DNA of 37,384 nt from Pseudomonadota bacterium (GTDB lineage Bacteria; Bdellovibrionota_G; JALEGL01; DATDPG01). The notes below the pieces were generated by a model. The model ran no database searches. It had not been told where the DNA came from and worked only from the letters and a program-made list of their open reading frames with translations. This document shows positions 8,469-17,123 of the stretch, in pieces. The position numbers were made by a program, and so were the translations under genes. The DNA lies in assembly GCA_043804515.1 (NCBI GenBank), contig JAZDIZ010000060.1:1-37384 (forward strand). Direction: 5' to 3'. Positions within the stretch are counted from its first letter, which is position 1, and each line of letters begins with the position of its first letter.

Positions 8469-9577
8469 TGGCGCCGCACATGAGTTCCCCCAGAATCCTG
8501 CACTTGATTTGGACTTTCAATCCGGGAGGGGCCGAACGCATCGCCCAGGCGATTCTGGAACGCTGCGTCCGGGAAGGGTGGGAGGCGCATGCTTGCGCCC
8601 TGGCCGCCTCGGAACCTGCGGCAAAAGAGGAGTGGAGCGCAAGAGGAATCCGGATCCATGAGGTCCTCAAACGGTCCGGTTTGGATTTCACGCTTCCGTT
8701 TCGTCTGTGGAGACTTCTTTCGCGGGAACGGATTTCGCTGTTGCACACGCACAATGCGGTCTGTGGCCTGTACGGAAGCTTGGCCCTTCAAAAAGGGGTG
8801 CGGCACGTGCATACCGAGCACAGCAACGTCGAACGCGGAAGATTCTTCCTCCGCCTTGTTCGGGCGTACCAGCTACGATCCGCAGCACTGGTGGCCGTCT
8901 CACGGAAGGTAGCGACGACGTTCTCCCGCAGCGGCGGGATTCCTCATTCGCAAATCCGAGTGATCTACAACGGCGTTCGCGTGGTCCCCCGGACGGAAAA
9001 TAGGAGTGAGTCATTGCTTGCGCATCTCGGCATCCCGCAGGACGCCGTGGTGGTGGGCACGATTGGAAACCTCCGTGCCGTCAAAGACCACGTAACGCTT
9101 TTATCCGCGTTTGCCCCCATCGCGAGGGAAACAGGAAACGCCCACCTTCTCATCGTGGGGGAGGGGGAGGAACGCCGCCGGCTCGAAGAGAAGGTCCTCA
9201 GGTTAGGTCTCAGGGGCCGGGTTTCTCTGCCGGGTTTTCGCAGCGATGTGGAAGCACTGCTGAGCGCTATGGACGTCTTCGTTCTCTGCTCCCGCAGTGA
9301 AGGGTTCCCCGTTGCCCTTCTGGAGGCCATGGCCATGGAATGCCCTTGTATTGCGACGGCTGTGGGTGGAGTCCTGGAAATCATTCAGAGTGGCGAAAAT
9401 GGCCTTTTGGTTCCCGCTCAAGCGGCGGACGCCCTCACCAGAGCGATCCGACTCATCCTGTCTACTCCATCGGAGGCCGAGAGGTTCAGGAAGCGCGGCC
9501 GTGAGACGGTGTTGGAAAAGTTCACGGAAGCGAAGATGTTTGACGAATACCTCGGCCTTTACCGAGAAATGCCGTGA
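8468..9577 (+). CDS. Glycosyltransferase family 4
   Basis: GGAER, LHTHN, HTEHS, VIYNGV, VKDH, FVLCSRSEGFPVALLEAMA. Start reassigned to ATG 8468, which overlaps the upstream TGA; 8480 is also possible. Confidence 0.92.
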   Translation: MAPHMSSPRILHLIWTFNPGGAERIAQAILERCVREGWEAHACALAASEPAAKEEWSARGIRIHEVLKRSGLDFTLPFRLWRLLSRERISLLHTHNAVCGLYGSLALQKGVRHVHTEHSNVERGRFFLRLVRAYQLRSAALVAVSRKVATTFSRSGGIPHSQIRVIYNGVRVVPRTENRSESLLAHLGIPQDAVVVGTIGNLRAVKDHVTLLSAFAPIARETGNAHLLIVGEGEERRRLEEKVLRLGLRGRVSLPGFRSDVEALLSAMDVFVLCSRSEGFPVALLEAMAMECPCIATAVGGVLEIIQSGENGLLVPAQAADALTRAIRLILSTPSEAERFRKRGRETVLEKFTEAKMFDEYLGLYREMP

Positions 9578-10713
9578 AGATTCTGGCGGTCACTCACATT
9601 TTCCCGTTCCGCGCCAACCCACAGGAAGGAGTGTTCAACGCCGCACAAATCGCCGAGGTGGCGAAGCTAGCGCAGATCACGCTCTTGACGCCGGTTCGAT
9701 GGACACTCATGTTTCGGAAGGGCGGACCGAGCGCTTCCCCGAGCACGGCGGCGGTGTTCGAGCACCGCTCGCCCTTGTATCTCTACCCCCCCGGTATTCT
9801 GCGCGGCTATCACGGCCATTTCTACCTGGCGTCGATCCGCCGTGCCGCCGCCAATGCTCGCAAGAGAACCCAGTTCGACCTCGTGTACGGAATGTTCGCG
9901 TTTCCGGACGGTTGGGCGGCCGCCCGCCTGGCAAAGAAGTGGGGGCTGCCGTTCGTCCTTAAGGTTCACGGCAGCGACGTCCACCAGTTGCGTTCGGACC
10001 CGGCCCGCGTGGCCCGGCTTATCGAAGTGATCCGAAGTGCCCGAAGGGTTATTGCCGTTTCTGAAGCATTGGGGCGGGAGGTGAGAGAGATTGTCCCGGA
10101 AGTTTCCGTGACCGTCGTCAGGAACGGCGTTGACTTGGACACGTTTTCACCCGGCTCGGCTCAAGATGCTCGGAAGCGTCTCGATTTGGACCCGAAAAGA
10201 CCGGTCGTTCTTTTTGCAGGCCGCCTGGAAAAGGTTAAGGGGGCGGATTTTCTTCCGCAAATCGCAACAGGCCTCAAGACGAAAGTCAGGTGGGTGGTCA
10301 TTGGCCGCGGAGCACTCTCCGCGTCGCTTCGACGGGAAATGACCGGGCAAGATGTGCGATGGGTTGCGGAAGTCCCCCACGCGGACCTTGTCCCCTGGTA
10401 CCGCGCCGCCGACGTCGTGGTGATCCCGAGCCGGAACGAGGGGCTTCCGAACGTTCTTCTGGAGGCGTTGGCCTGCGGCCGTCCGGTTGTGGCCGCGCGA
10501 ACCGGCGGCGTCTCCGAAGTGCTGACCGATCCGGGGGTCGGGAGTCTCGTAGAGCCGGAAGATATCGCATCGTTCTCGCGCGAAATCGACCACTGGGCGG
10601 TCCGCCCGCACGAAGAGGAAAAATGCCGGGCTTTGGTTTCGGGCCGGTCATGGGGACAAAGTGGAAAAGATGTTCTGGACGTTCTTGAGGAAGCGGCGGC
10701 CGGCCGATGTTGA
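9574..10713 (+). CDS. Glycosyltransferase family 4 (TuaC-like)
   Basis: FAFPDG, KVHGSDV, NGVD, GRLEKVKG, PSRNEGLPNVLLEALACG. GTGA overlap with the previous stop. Confidence 0.92.
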   Translation: MKILAVTHIFPFRANPQEGVFNAAQIAEVAKLAQITLLTPVRWTLMFRKGGPSASPSTAAVFEHRSPLYLYPPGILRGYHGHFYLASIRRAAANARKRTQFDLVYGMFAFPDGWAAARLAKKWGLPFVLKVHGSDVHQLRSDPARVARLIEVIRSARRVIAVSEALGREVREIVPEVSVTVVRNGVDLDTFSPGSAQDARKRLDLDPKRPVVLFAGRLEKVKGADFLPQIATGLKTKVRWVVIGRGALSASLRREMTGQDVRWVAEVPHADLVPWYRAADVVVIPSRNEGLPNVLLEALACGRPVVAARTGGVSEVLTDPGVGSLVEPEDIASFSREIDHWAVRPHEEEKCRALVSGRSWGQSGKDVLDVLEEAAAGRC

Positions 10714-11834
10714 TCCTGTGGCTTTCCCTCCTGCTGCTTTGGGCTCTTTTCTATACGTATGCCGGGTATCCGATCATTGCCGCCATATTAGCCGGCCTTC
10801 GCAAGCCTGGGCCAGGCGGATTTTCCACGAGATACGAGCCGACCGTGACGGTTTGTCTTGCGGTTCACAACTCCGCCCTTCATATCCGGCGAAAACTTGA
10901 GAGTCTTATGCAGCAAGATTATCCGCCGGAAAAGTACGACATTCTGGTTTTCTCGGATGGTTCGGAGGACGGAAGTGACGACATTGTTCGTTCCCTTGAG
11001 CGTGGCCCGGTGCGGATCCGGCTTTTGCAAAGCGAGCTGCGGGTGGGGAAACCTACGGCCTTGAACCGTCTTCGCAAGATTGCGGATGGGGAGATCCTCG
11101 TGATGACCGATGCGCGGCAGCCCGTGTCCCCGAACGCCCTGCGGGAACTCGTCGGTCCATTTGCTGATGGGCGTGTAGGGTGCGTGGCGGGGAATCTGGT
11201 CATGCAGGGCTCGCAGGGATCCGGTTTCTACTGGAAGTATGAGAAGTGGATCCGCGTTTCGGAATCGCAATTGGGGTGGAGCGCGGGCGTCAGCGGAGCG
11301 CTCTATGCAGTCCGAAAGAGCGACGTGCCGGAGCTTCCGCCGGATCTGATCTTGGATGACATGTGGATTCCATTACAGGCGCAGCTTGTCGGGCACAAGA
11401 AGGTCCTGTTCTCCGAATCCGCATGTGCGTACGACGAAGCTTTCGATGATGCCGGTGAATTTCGCCGTAAGGTGAGGACGCTTGCGGGAAACTACCAACT
11501 GTTCGCCCGGATGCCGCGTATTCTTCTTCCCTTCGGGAACCCGGCGTGGTTCTCGGTGGTCTCGCATAAAGTCCTGAGGCTCGCCGGTCCTTGGTTGTTC
11601 CTAGGCCTGTGGAGTGTCTCCGCCGTGGGTCTGTTTTCTGCGCCGAAATCGACCTCAGTCCACCGATATTTCGCGTTCTTGTTCTGGGGCCAGCTGGGCT
11701 TTTTGGTTATCGCCCTGTTCGGGTCAAGAGTCGGAAGATGGGGAGCCATTGCGAGGACGTTTGTCGTGATGAACGCGGCTGCGGTCGTCGGGCTGTGGCG
11801 GTTTGCTCGGGGTTCCCAGAAAGTTACCTGGTAG
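10707..11834 (+). CDS. Glycosyltransferase family 2 (membrane-anchored, cellulose-synthase-like subgroup)
   Basis: YTYAGYP, SDGSEDGS, GKPTALN, MTDA, YWKYEKW, GALYAVR, LDDM, EFRRKVR, SHKVLRL, with C-terminal TMs. Confidence 0.9.
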   Translation: MLILWLSLLLLWALFYTYAGYPIIAAILAGLRKPGPGGFSTRYEPTVTVCLAVHNSALHIRRKLESLMQQDYPPEKYDILVFSDGSEDGSDDIVRSLERGPVRIRLLQSELRVGKPTALNRLRKIADGEILVMTDARQPVSPNALRELVGPFADGRVGCVAGNLVMQGSQGSGFYWKYEKWIRVSESQLGWSAGVSGALYAVRKSDVPELPPDLILDDMWIPLQAQLVGHKKVLFSESACAYDEAFDDAGEFRRKVRTLAGNYQLFARMPRILLPFGNPAWFSVVSHKVLRLAGPWLFLGLWSVSAVGLFSAPKSTSVHRYFAFLFWGQLGFLVIALFGSRVGRWGAIARTFVVMNAAAVVGLWRFARGSQKVTW

Positions 11835-11858
11835 CATGCGCAGACCTGTGGAGAACAG

Positions 11859-12962
11859 ATGATCCGGAATCTGCAACTTTGGCTCCCCTCCTATCTGCGG
11901 GATTTTCTCCGGCGGAAGGAACCTCGGGATGGGGGACCCCTGGATCTGTTGGTCTGCGTGGCCGACCACTTCGAACCCCTTTGGAACCAGTGTTCCGATG
12001 AGCAGGCCGAGCGGAGAATGGCAACGTGGATCGAACGCTTTCCGACACTGGCTCGAAGACACCAGGATTCGGATGGGCGGCCGCCCGTCCACACGTTCTT
12101 CTTTCCCGGCGAACAATACCGGAGCGGATGGCTTGAGGCGCTAGGACAACTCTGCCGCGATGGACTGGCGGAGGTGGAGCTCCATCTCCATCACGGGAAC
12201 GACAACCGCAAGAGCTTGACGGAGAAACTCGTGCGCTCCGTCCGTGAACTTTCGGAGCTGGGCCTTCTCTCCGCCGAGAGGGGGTTTAACGATCCCCGTT
12301 ACGCGTTCATCCACGGGGACTGGGCCTTGGCCGATTCGGGCCCGGGCCCCGAAACATGCGGCGTGCCCGACGAGCTGCAGGTGCTTGTGGAGACCGGATG
12401 CTACGCGGATTTCACGTTTCCCTCCGCGCCTTCGCCCACGCAAATCCCGACGATCAACCGGATCTTTTTTGCCGATCCGAGAACCCGCGGGGGAAAACCC
12501 CATCGCCGTGGCGCCGAGGCCGAAGTTGGGGCCTTTCGCCGGGACGAACTTCTCCTGATCGAAGGTCCCCTGGGACTCGACTGGTCCCACCGCAAATTTG
12601 GAATTTTCCCGCGGATCGAAAACGGAGAACTTTCGGCCGGGAATCCCCCCCATCCTCGACGCGTCCCGCTTTGGCTCAAGAGCTTCGTTCACGTGAAGGG
12701 AACGCCCGGGTGGCGGTTCATCAAACTCTATTCGCACGGAGCCGTCGAACGAAACCAAGAACCCCTTCTGGGCGAAGCGATGGACGGTTTGCTGTCCCAC
12801 TTGGAGAGGGACTACAACGACGGGGAACACTTCCGCCTTCACTATTTGAGCGCCCGCGAGATGTACAACATCGCCAGGGCCGCAATGGACGGAAAGAGGG
12901 GGAATGCGGGCACGTACCGTGATTACATCCTGGTGCCCAGATGGAGGAGGCAACCCGCGTGA
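11859..12962 (+). CDS. Uncharacterised protein with a probable polysaccharide-deacetylase-like (metal-binding barrel) fold
   Basis: ADHFEP, HTFFFPGEQY, ELHLHH, FIHGDWAL, GCYADFTFPSAP, KLYSHG. The His/Asp pattern resembles CE4-superfamily metal ligands and the gene lies in the operon. The specific function cannot be assigned. Confidence 0.55.
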   Translation: MIRNLQLWLPSYLRDFLRRKEPRDGGPLDLLVCVADHFEPLWNQCSDEQAERRMATWIERFPTLARRHQDSDGRPPVHTFFFPGEQYRSGWLEALGQLCRDGLAEVELHLHHGNDNRKSLTEKLVRSVRELSELGLLSAERGFNDPRYAFIHGDWALADSGPGPETCGVPDELQVLVETGCYADFTFPSAPSPTQIPTINRIFFADPRTRGGKPHRRGAEAEVGAFRRDELLLIEGPLGLDWSHRKFGIFPRIENGELSAGNPPHPRRVPLWLKSFVHVKGTPGWRFIKLYSHGAVERNQEPLLGEAMDGLLSHLERDYNDGEHFRLHYLSAREMYNIARAAMDGKRGNAGTYRDYILVPRWRRQPA

Positions 12963-13945
12963 GATGGCGTTCCAAAGTCGCTCCTTTTCTGGATCATTTC
13001 GGCGGGCTGGACCTGGCTGCGGCCCTCACAAAGCCGTTGGGCCGGCGGAGCCTCGCGATCCTCATGTATCACCGGGTGGCCGTGCCGGGATCGCAGCCCC
13101 TTCTCAGTGATCGCGTGATCAGCGCTACGCCGGACGAGTTCGAGGAGCAAATGGCCTGGTTGGTGCGTTTCGCCCATCCGATCGGATTCCGGGACCTGCT
13201 GCGGCTGGAAAAAGACGGAGAACCGATCCCGCGGAGAGCCGTGATCGTGACGTTCGACGACGGCTATCTGGACAATTACCTCTGCGCGTTTTCGGTGCTT
13301 CGCCGGTACCGGATCCCCGCCACGATCTTTCTCGTGACGGGTCTGGTCGGGACCCGGGAGCCTTTTTGGTGGGACTACGTCCATGCCGCCCTCAGCAAAG
13401 AGGGCAAGAGCGATACGCTCATAACGGGAGAGCTGGAAAAGCTCAAGTGCTTATCCGACGAAGAAAGAAGAAAAACGATGGCCGGGATCGCCGAGCGCGC
13501 CGGGCTTTCGCTGTCCGCATTTCCGCGGACGATCATCAACTGGGACGAAGCACGTGCGATGCAAGAAGACGATATTGATTTCGGCGGCCACACAGTCACG
13601 CATCCCATTCTTTCCAGGCTGCCTCCGGCCGCCCTGGAGGAGGAGATCCGGGGATGCAGAGCCGCCCTGGAGAAGGAATTGCAAAAGGAACCCATCGCGT
13701 TCGCTTATCCGGTGGGCCGCACGTTTGCCTTGGCCGACGCAGCCTTCAGCATTGTGGAGAAAACGGGATTCCGGTACGCCGTAACCACGGAATACGGAAG
13801 AAACGTCTGGCCTTTGGAGAACCGCTACCGCCTGCGCCGTCTAGACGTGGGTCTGGCAGATTCGCTGGCGCGTTTCAAGGCCAAGTTACTGGTGCCAGCC
13901 GCCTTTCGACCGAAGGCGGGAACCGGCTATTCCGAAGCGATGTGA
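12941..13945 (+). CDS. Polysaccharide deacetylase (NodB/CE4 family)
   Basis: ILMYHRV, VTFDDGYLDN, PATIFL, GGHTVTHPILS, FAYPVG, AVTT. Confidence 0.92.
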   Translation: MEEATRVRWRSKVAPFLDHFGGLDLAAALTKPLGRRSLAILMYHRVAVPGSQPLLSDRVISATPDEFEEQMAWLVRFAHPIGFRDLLRLEKDGEPIPRRAVIVTFDDGYLDNYLCAFSVLRRYRIPATIFLVTGLVGTREPFWWDYVHAALSKEGKSDTLITGELEKLKCLSDEERRKTMAGIAERAGLSLSAFPRTIINWDEARAMQEDDIDFGGHTVTHPILSRLPPAALEEEIRGCRAALEKELQKEPIAFAYPVGRTFALADAAFSIVEKTGFRYAVTTEYGRNVWPLENRYRLRRLDVGLADSLARFKAKLLVPAAFRPKAGTGYSEAM

Positions 13946-14019
13946 CGCAATGGGCGAGCATTCGCGAAACCCCTTCGCCAGGTAGCGGAGGGAACGATCG
14001 ACGGTCTTCAGCCCGGCCT

Positions 14020-14312
14020 CGACATGAAACAGCGTCCGACTTCGGCTCGCCGGTTTCGCAGAACCTGCACGCTGCCCTTCGGGCCTCCTGGATGCGATAG
14101 AGCGGAAAGGCCGCCGCCAGCTCATCCTTTTCCTCCTTGATCCAGGTGGCCAATGACAGGCGCGGATCGGGCGCGCCGGAGATCTCCCACCAGGCGGTCA
14201 ATCAATCGCAGGAGAGCATCGGGTGGGGCCTGGCCTGCGACAGAAAAAACTGGTTCCAGGCGTGTTCCAGCCTGATAAAATCCCGCGCATCCGTCAGGAT
14301 TCCTCCGATCAC
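14020..14312 (-). pseudogene. Inverted, truncated pseudogene of a CelD/BcsL-type GNAT (paralog of 18235-19371)
   Basis: Minus-strand translation LEHAWNQFFLSQARPHPMLSCD*LTAWWEISGAPDPRLSLATW...LAAAFPLYR...ETGEPKSDAV aligns with LEEEWNRLCLGQKRPNPMLSWDWIYTWWKIYGADDPSMTLAVW...LRAAVPLYR...GTGEDEAEAV. There is an in-frame TGA at 14204-14202 where the paralog has Trp. Similarity ends near 14020. Confidence 0.85.
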
Positions 14313-14338
14313 GGCCGGACGATACCTGAAAGAAGACC

Positions 14339-15001
14339 ATGAATGTAACCAGCATCCTCCGGCGACTTCGTGAGAACGCCCTTTACCACGGCTGGCCGGC
14401 GGCGGTTCAGGTACTGGCTGTGGCCCTCCTCCGGAAATTCATGCGGTTCGAACACGTGTTTCTGTTCGTTCTTGATGAAGTGCCGCCGCATCTTTCGGTC
14501 CCGCCGGCCGAGCGCATCCACCTGGCGTCGGCCGAGGACGTCAAGCGTTTGGCCATAGACCCGATGTTCGATATGACCGATTTGACGCCGGAGCACATCG
14601 ACAAGCTGTACGCCTCCGGGGATCGCTGTGTCTTCAGCATGATGGAAGGAAGGGTGACGGGTTACGGCTGGCTGACGACGGGGGAGGCGAGGATTCCCAA
14701 GCTCGGCATCCGGTTCGAAGTGAGGGGTAACGAAGGCTACGCGTATAAGGGGATGACCCATCCGGCCTTCCGGGGGAGGCAGATGGGGCACGATCGCCTG
14801 CTCTTCTGGCTGGACTATCTCAGAAGAAACGGTCGTTCCACGGAGGTTCTTCATTTTGCGTTTGAGAACAAAGCGACGATGAGTCGCGTTTCCAAGCTGA
14901 ACCTTAAGAAGGCCGGCACGGGTACGCTGATCGGGTTCGGGCGCTGGAAAAAACTTTTCCTTTCCGGTGATTTTTGGAACCGGAAGGTTTTCCCCCTATG
15001 A
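14339..15001 (+). CDS. GNAT family N-acetyltransferase
   Basis: AYKGMTHPAFRGRQMG (acetyl-CoA-binding motif A) and ENKAT (motif B Asn). Confidence 0.75.
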   Translation: MNVTSILRRLRENALYHGWPAAVQVLAVALLRKFMRFEHVFLFVLDEVPPHLSVPPAERIHLASAEDVKRLAIDPMFDMTDLTPEHIDKLYASGDRCVFSMMEGRVTGYGWLTTGEARIPKLGIRFEVRGNEGYAYKGMTHPAFRGRQMGHDRLLFWLDYLRRNGRSTEVLHFAFENKATMSRVSKLNLKKAGTGTLIGFGRWKKLFLSGDFWNRKVFPL

Positions 15002-15132
15002 AGGGAGTTCTCATCATCACCTATGTGTTTCCGCCGGTGGGAGGAGCCGGCGTTCGGCGCACGTTCAAGTGGACCAAGAATCTCCCTGAGTTTGGCTGGA
15101 AGCCGTACGTCCTGACTTCGTGCAGGCCCTCA
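14998..15132 (+). pseudogene. 5' fragment of a GT4 glycosyltransferase (paralog of 26486-27799)
   Basis: MKGVLIITYVFPPVGGAGVRRTFKWTKNLPEFGWKPYVLT is 35/40 identical to the N-terminus of the 26486 protein. ATGA coupling to the upstream gene. Homology stops at about 15117-15132 and the frame closes at 15171. Confidence 0.9.
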
Positions 15133-15402
15133 GATGGGATGAAGTGGCCGGTTTCCATTTCGACGCGATAGCCGTAGGCTTCGCAGAAATTTGCGTGCTT
15201 TTAAGGCACAGAAAGGAACCCGGCCATGAATCATATAGCGATGGATTTAGGGGGACGCAACTCCCAGCTGTGTGTTCGGAACGGGCAGGGAGAAGTGCTC
15301 CAAGAGGAACGGATCGAGAGGAGGTCTCTGGGGCGATATCTCCAAAAGGCCGAGCGGGGTCGAGTCGTCATGGAGACCCGCGCGGAATCGCTGGCGGTCG
15401 CC
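15133..15402 (+). mobile_element. IS110-family remnant: non-coding left end plus the first ~59 codons of the DEDD transposase
   Basis: MNHIAMDLGGRNSQLCVRNGQGEVLQEERI...RVVMETRAESLAVA matches the IS110 RuvC-like N-terminus (first catalytic D in 'IAMDLG', E in 'VVMET'). It is preceded by AAAGGAACCCGGCC-ATG and a structured leader. The remainder of the transposase is absent. Confidence 0.75.
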
Positions 15403-15507
15403 GAGAATGGGTACCGCCTGCGCCGAATCGATATCGGACTGGAGGATTCGTTGGCCCGATTCAAGGCGAAATTCCTGGTGCCGTCGTTCTTCCGGACCGG
15501 ACGGTGA
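15403..15507 (+). pseudogene. 3' fragment of a polysaccharide deacetylase (paralog of 12941-13945), fused in frame to the IS110 fragment
   Basis: ENGYRLRRIDIGLEDSLARFKAKFLVP vs ENRYRLRRLDVGLADSLARFKAKLLVP (from 13817): 22/27 identical. Confidence 0.88.
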
Positions 15508-15537
15508 TTCGGCCCGTTCACAAGCCGGTGATCAAGA

Positions 15538-16485
15538 ATGGGAACAACTGATCCAACAAACATTTCGTGGCCGGCAGGAAAACGGTTCGCGTTCACGGTG
15601 TTTGATGACACCGATCGTACGACTCTGGTGAACGGCCCTCCGGTCTACGAATTTCTCCACGAGCAAGGGTTCCACACTACCAAATCGGTCTGGCCGGTGA
15701 AGGGTGAGCGCACGCCTCTGATCGGAGGCACCACGTGTAAGGATCAAGATTATCTTCTGTGGGTTCAGAAACTGCGGGAGCAGGGTTTTGAAATCGCACT
15801 TCACAACGTCACGTATCATACGTCGACGCGAGTGGAGATCGTGGGTGGCCTCGCTCAGTTCAAGACGTTTTTCGGGTCCTATCCGGCCGTCCATGTGAAT
15901 CATGAGGCTTGCCGGGACGCCGTGTATTGGGGGGACGCGCGCCTGAGCGGCGCGAACAAGCTGCTCTATAATTTCTTCACGCGATTCAGGAAACACGGCG
16001 TGTTTCAAGGGCACGTCGCAAACAGCGACGTGTTTTGGGGGGACGTCTTACGGGAGAAAATCAGATACGTCCGGAACTTCGTGTATTCGGACGTGAACAC
16101 ATTGCGGGCATGCCCGTATATGCCGTACTTCGACCCCGACCGGCCGTACGTCAACAACTGGTTTGCATCATCCGAAGGGGCGGACGTTCATTCGTTCAAC
16201 AAGACGATATCGGAGCGAAACCAGGAGACTCTTGAGGAAGAGGGCGGCGCTTGCATCATGTACACGCACTTCGGGAAGGCTTTTTTCCAGGATGGATCGT
16301 TGCACCCCACGTTCAAGCGGCTGATGGAACGGCTCAGCCGCAGGTCCGGCTGGTTCGTTCCCGTCTCGACCCTTTTGGACCACATCATCCGCGTGAGGGG
16401 GCAATATAGTATTTCGGCTCTCGAGCGGTATAAACTCGAACTGAAATGGCTCATCAACAGGATGATGCTTGGGGGCACTCGATAG
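15538..16485 (+). CDS. Uncharacterised polysaccharide-deacetylase-like protein
   Basis: FAFTVFDDTD (TFDD-like motif 1), GFEIALHNVTYH (H..H metal motif), HVNH, CIMYTHFG and WFVPVSTLLD C-terminus. Confidence 0.65.
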   Translation: MGTTDPTNISWPAGKRFAFTVFDDTDRTTLVNGPPVYEFLHEQGFHTTKSVWPVKGERTPLIGGTTCKDQDYLLWVQKLREQGFEIALHNVTYHTSTRVEIVGGLAQFKTFFGSYPAVHVNHEACRDAVYWGDARLSGANKLLYNFFTRFRKHGVFQGHVANSDVFWGDVLREKIRYVRNFVYSDVNTLRACPYMPYFDPDRPYVNNWFASSEGADVHSFNKTISERNQETLEEEGGACIMYTHFGKAFFQDGSLHPTFKRLMERLSRRSGWFVPVSTLLDHIIRVRGQYSISALERYKLELKWLINRMMLGGTR

Positions 16486-17123
16486 CCCGGATTCAATACC
16501 GCCCGATCGTCCGAGGCGACATGCGCTCGGTCGTCGAATTGTTGCTGAAGCTTCGTCCGAGCATCGCGGGTCTTTCGAGCGAACTCATGTACCAAGCGAT
16601 TCTTGGGGACGCCTTGACCTGGAAGCGGGTCATTTGCCTGGTGGCGGTTCGACAGGAGAAACCGATCGGTTACGTTCTCGCGGCTCGGGATTGGCGTCGT
16701 TTCCAACGTGCGTTCGTTCTCCGCCATCCGATGTTGGGTTTCAGGGTACTCCTGAAGCGCTTGAGGTCGGGGCTTATGCGCGGCAAGGCCGAAGCACGAG
16801 ATGGGCCGGAACCTCCGGACCAGTCTTCGAATGCGGCTCCGGCGGGAACCCGCAATTGGGGCGACAGCTCCCCGGACATCGCCAAGATCATTCATATCGG
16901 CACGGACGGCGCCGAACGCTCCAAAGGGGTGGGCTCCGGCCTCTATGCCGCTCTGTACACGCATCTGGAGAGAATAGGCGTCACCCGGGTGGATGCCAAA
17001 ATCGAGGAGGGCAACGCGGCGTCCGTAAGGCTTCATCAGCGGAGCGGATGGACGGTGGCCCAATGTCCCGGCGGATTTTTTGCCACGATCGATCTTCCCA
17101 TGGAGACAAATGAAAGAACTTAG
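16446..17123 (+). CDS. GNAT family N-acetyltransferase (start uncertain)
   Basis: IQYRPI..D N-terminal strand, IHIGTDGAERSKGVGSGLY (motif A), GNAASVRLHQRSGW (motif B). Confidence 0.78.
   Translation: MAHQQDDAWGHSIARIQYRPIVRGDMRSVVELLLKLRPSIAGLSSELMYQAILGDALTWKRVICLVAVRQEKPIGYVLAARDWRRFQRAFVLRHPMLGFRVLLKRLRSGLMRGKAEARDGPEPPDQSSNAAPAGTRNWGDSSPDIAKIIHIGTDGAERSKGVGSGLYAALYTHLERIGVTRVDAKIEEGNAASVRLHQRSGWTVAQCPGGFFATIDLPMETNERT

Noticed and set aside
14202..14204. TGA recoding (Trp or selenocysteine) in the antisense GNAT fragment
   Set aside because: TGA is used as a normal stop throughout the window, and the fragment is also truncated, so pseudogenisation is the simpler explanation.
15226..15507. 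Novel standalone 93-aa protein
   Set aside because: It is explained as an in-frame fusion of an IS110 transposase fragment and a deacetylase C-terminal fragment.
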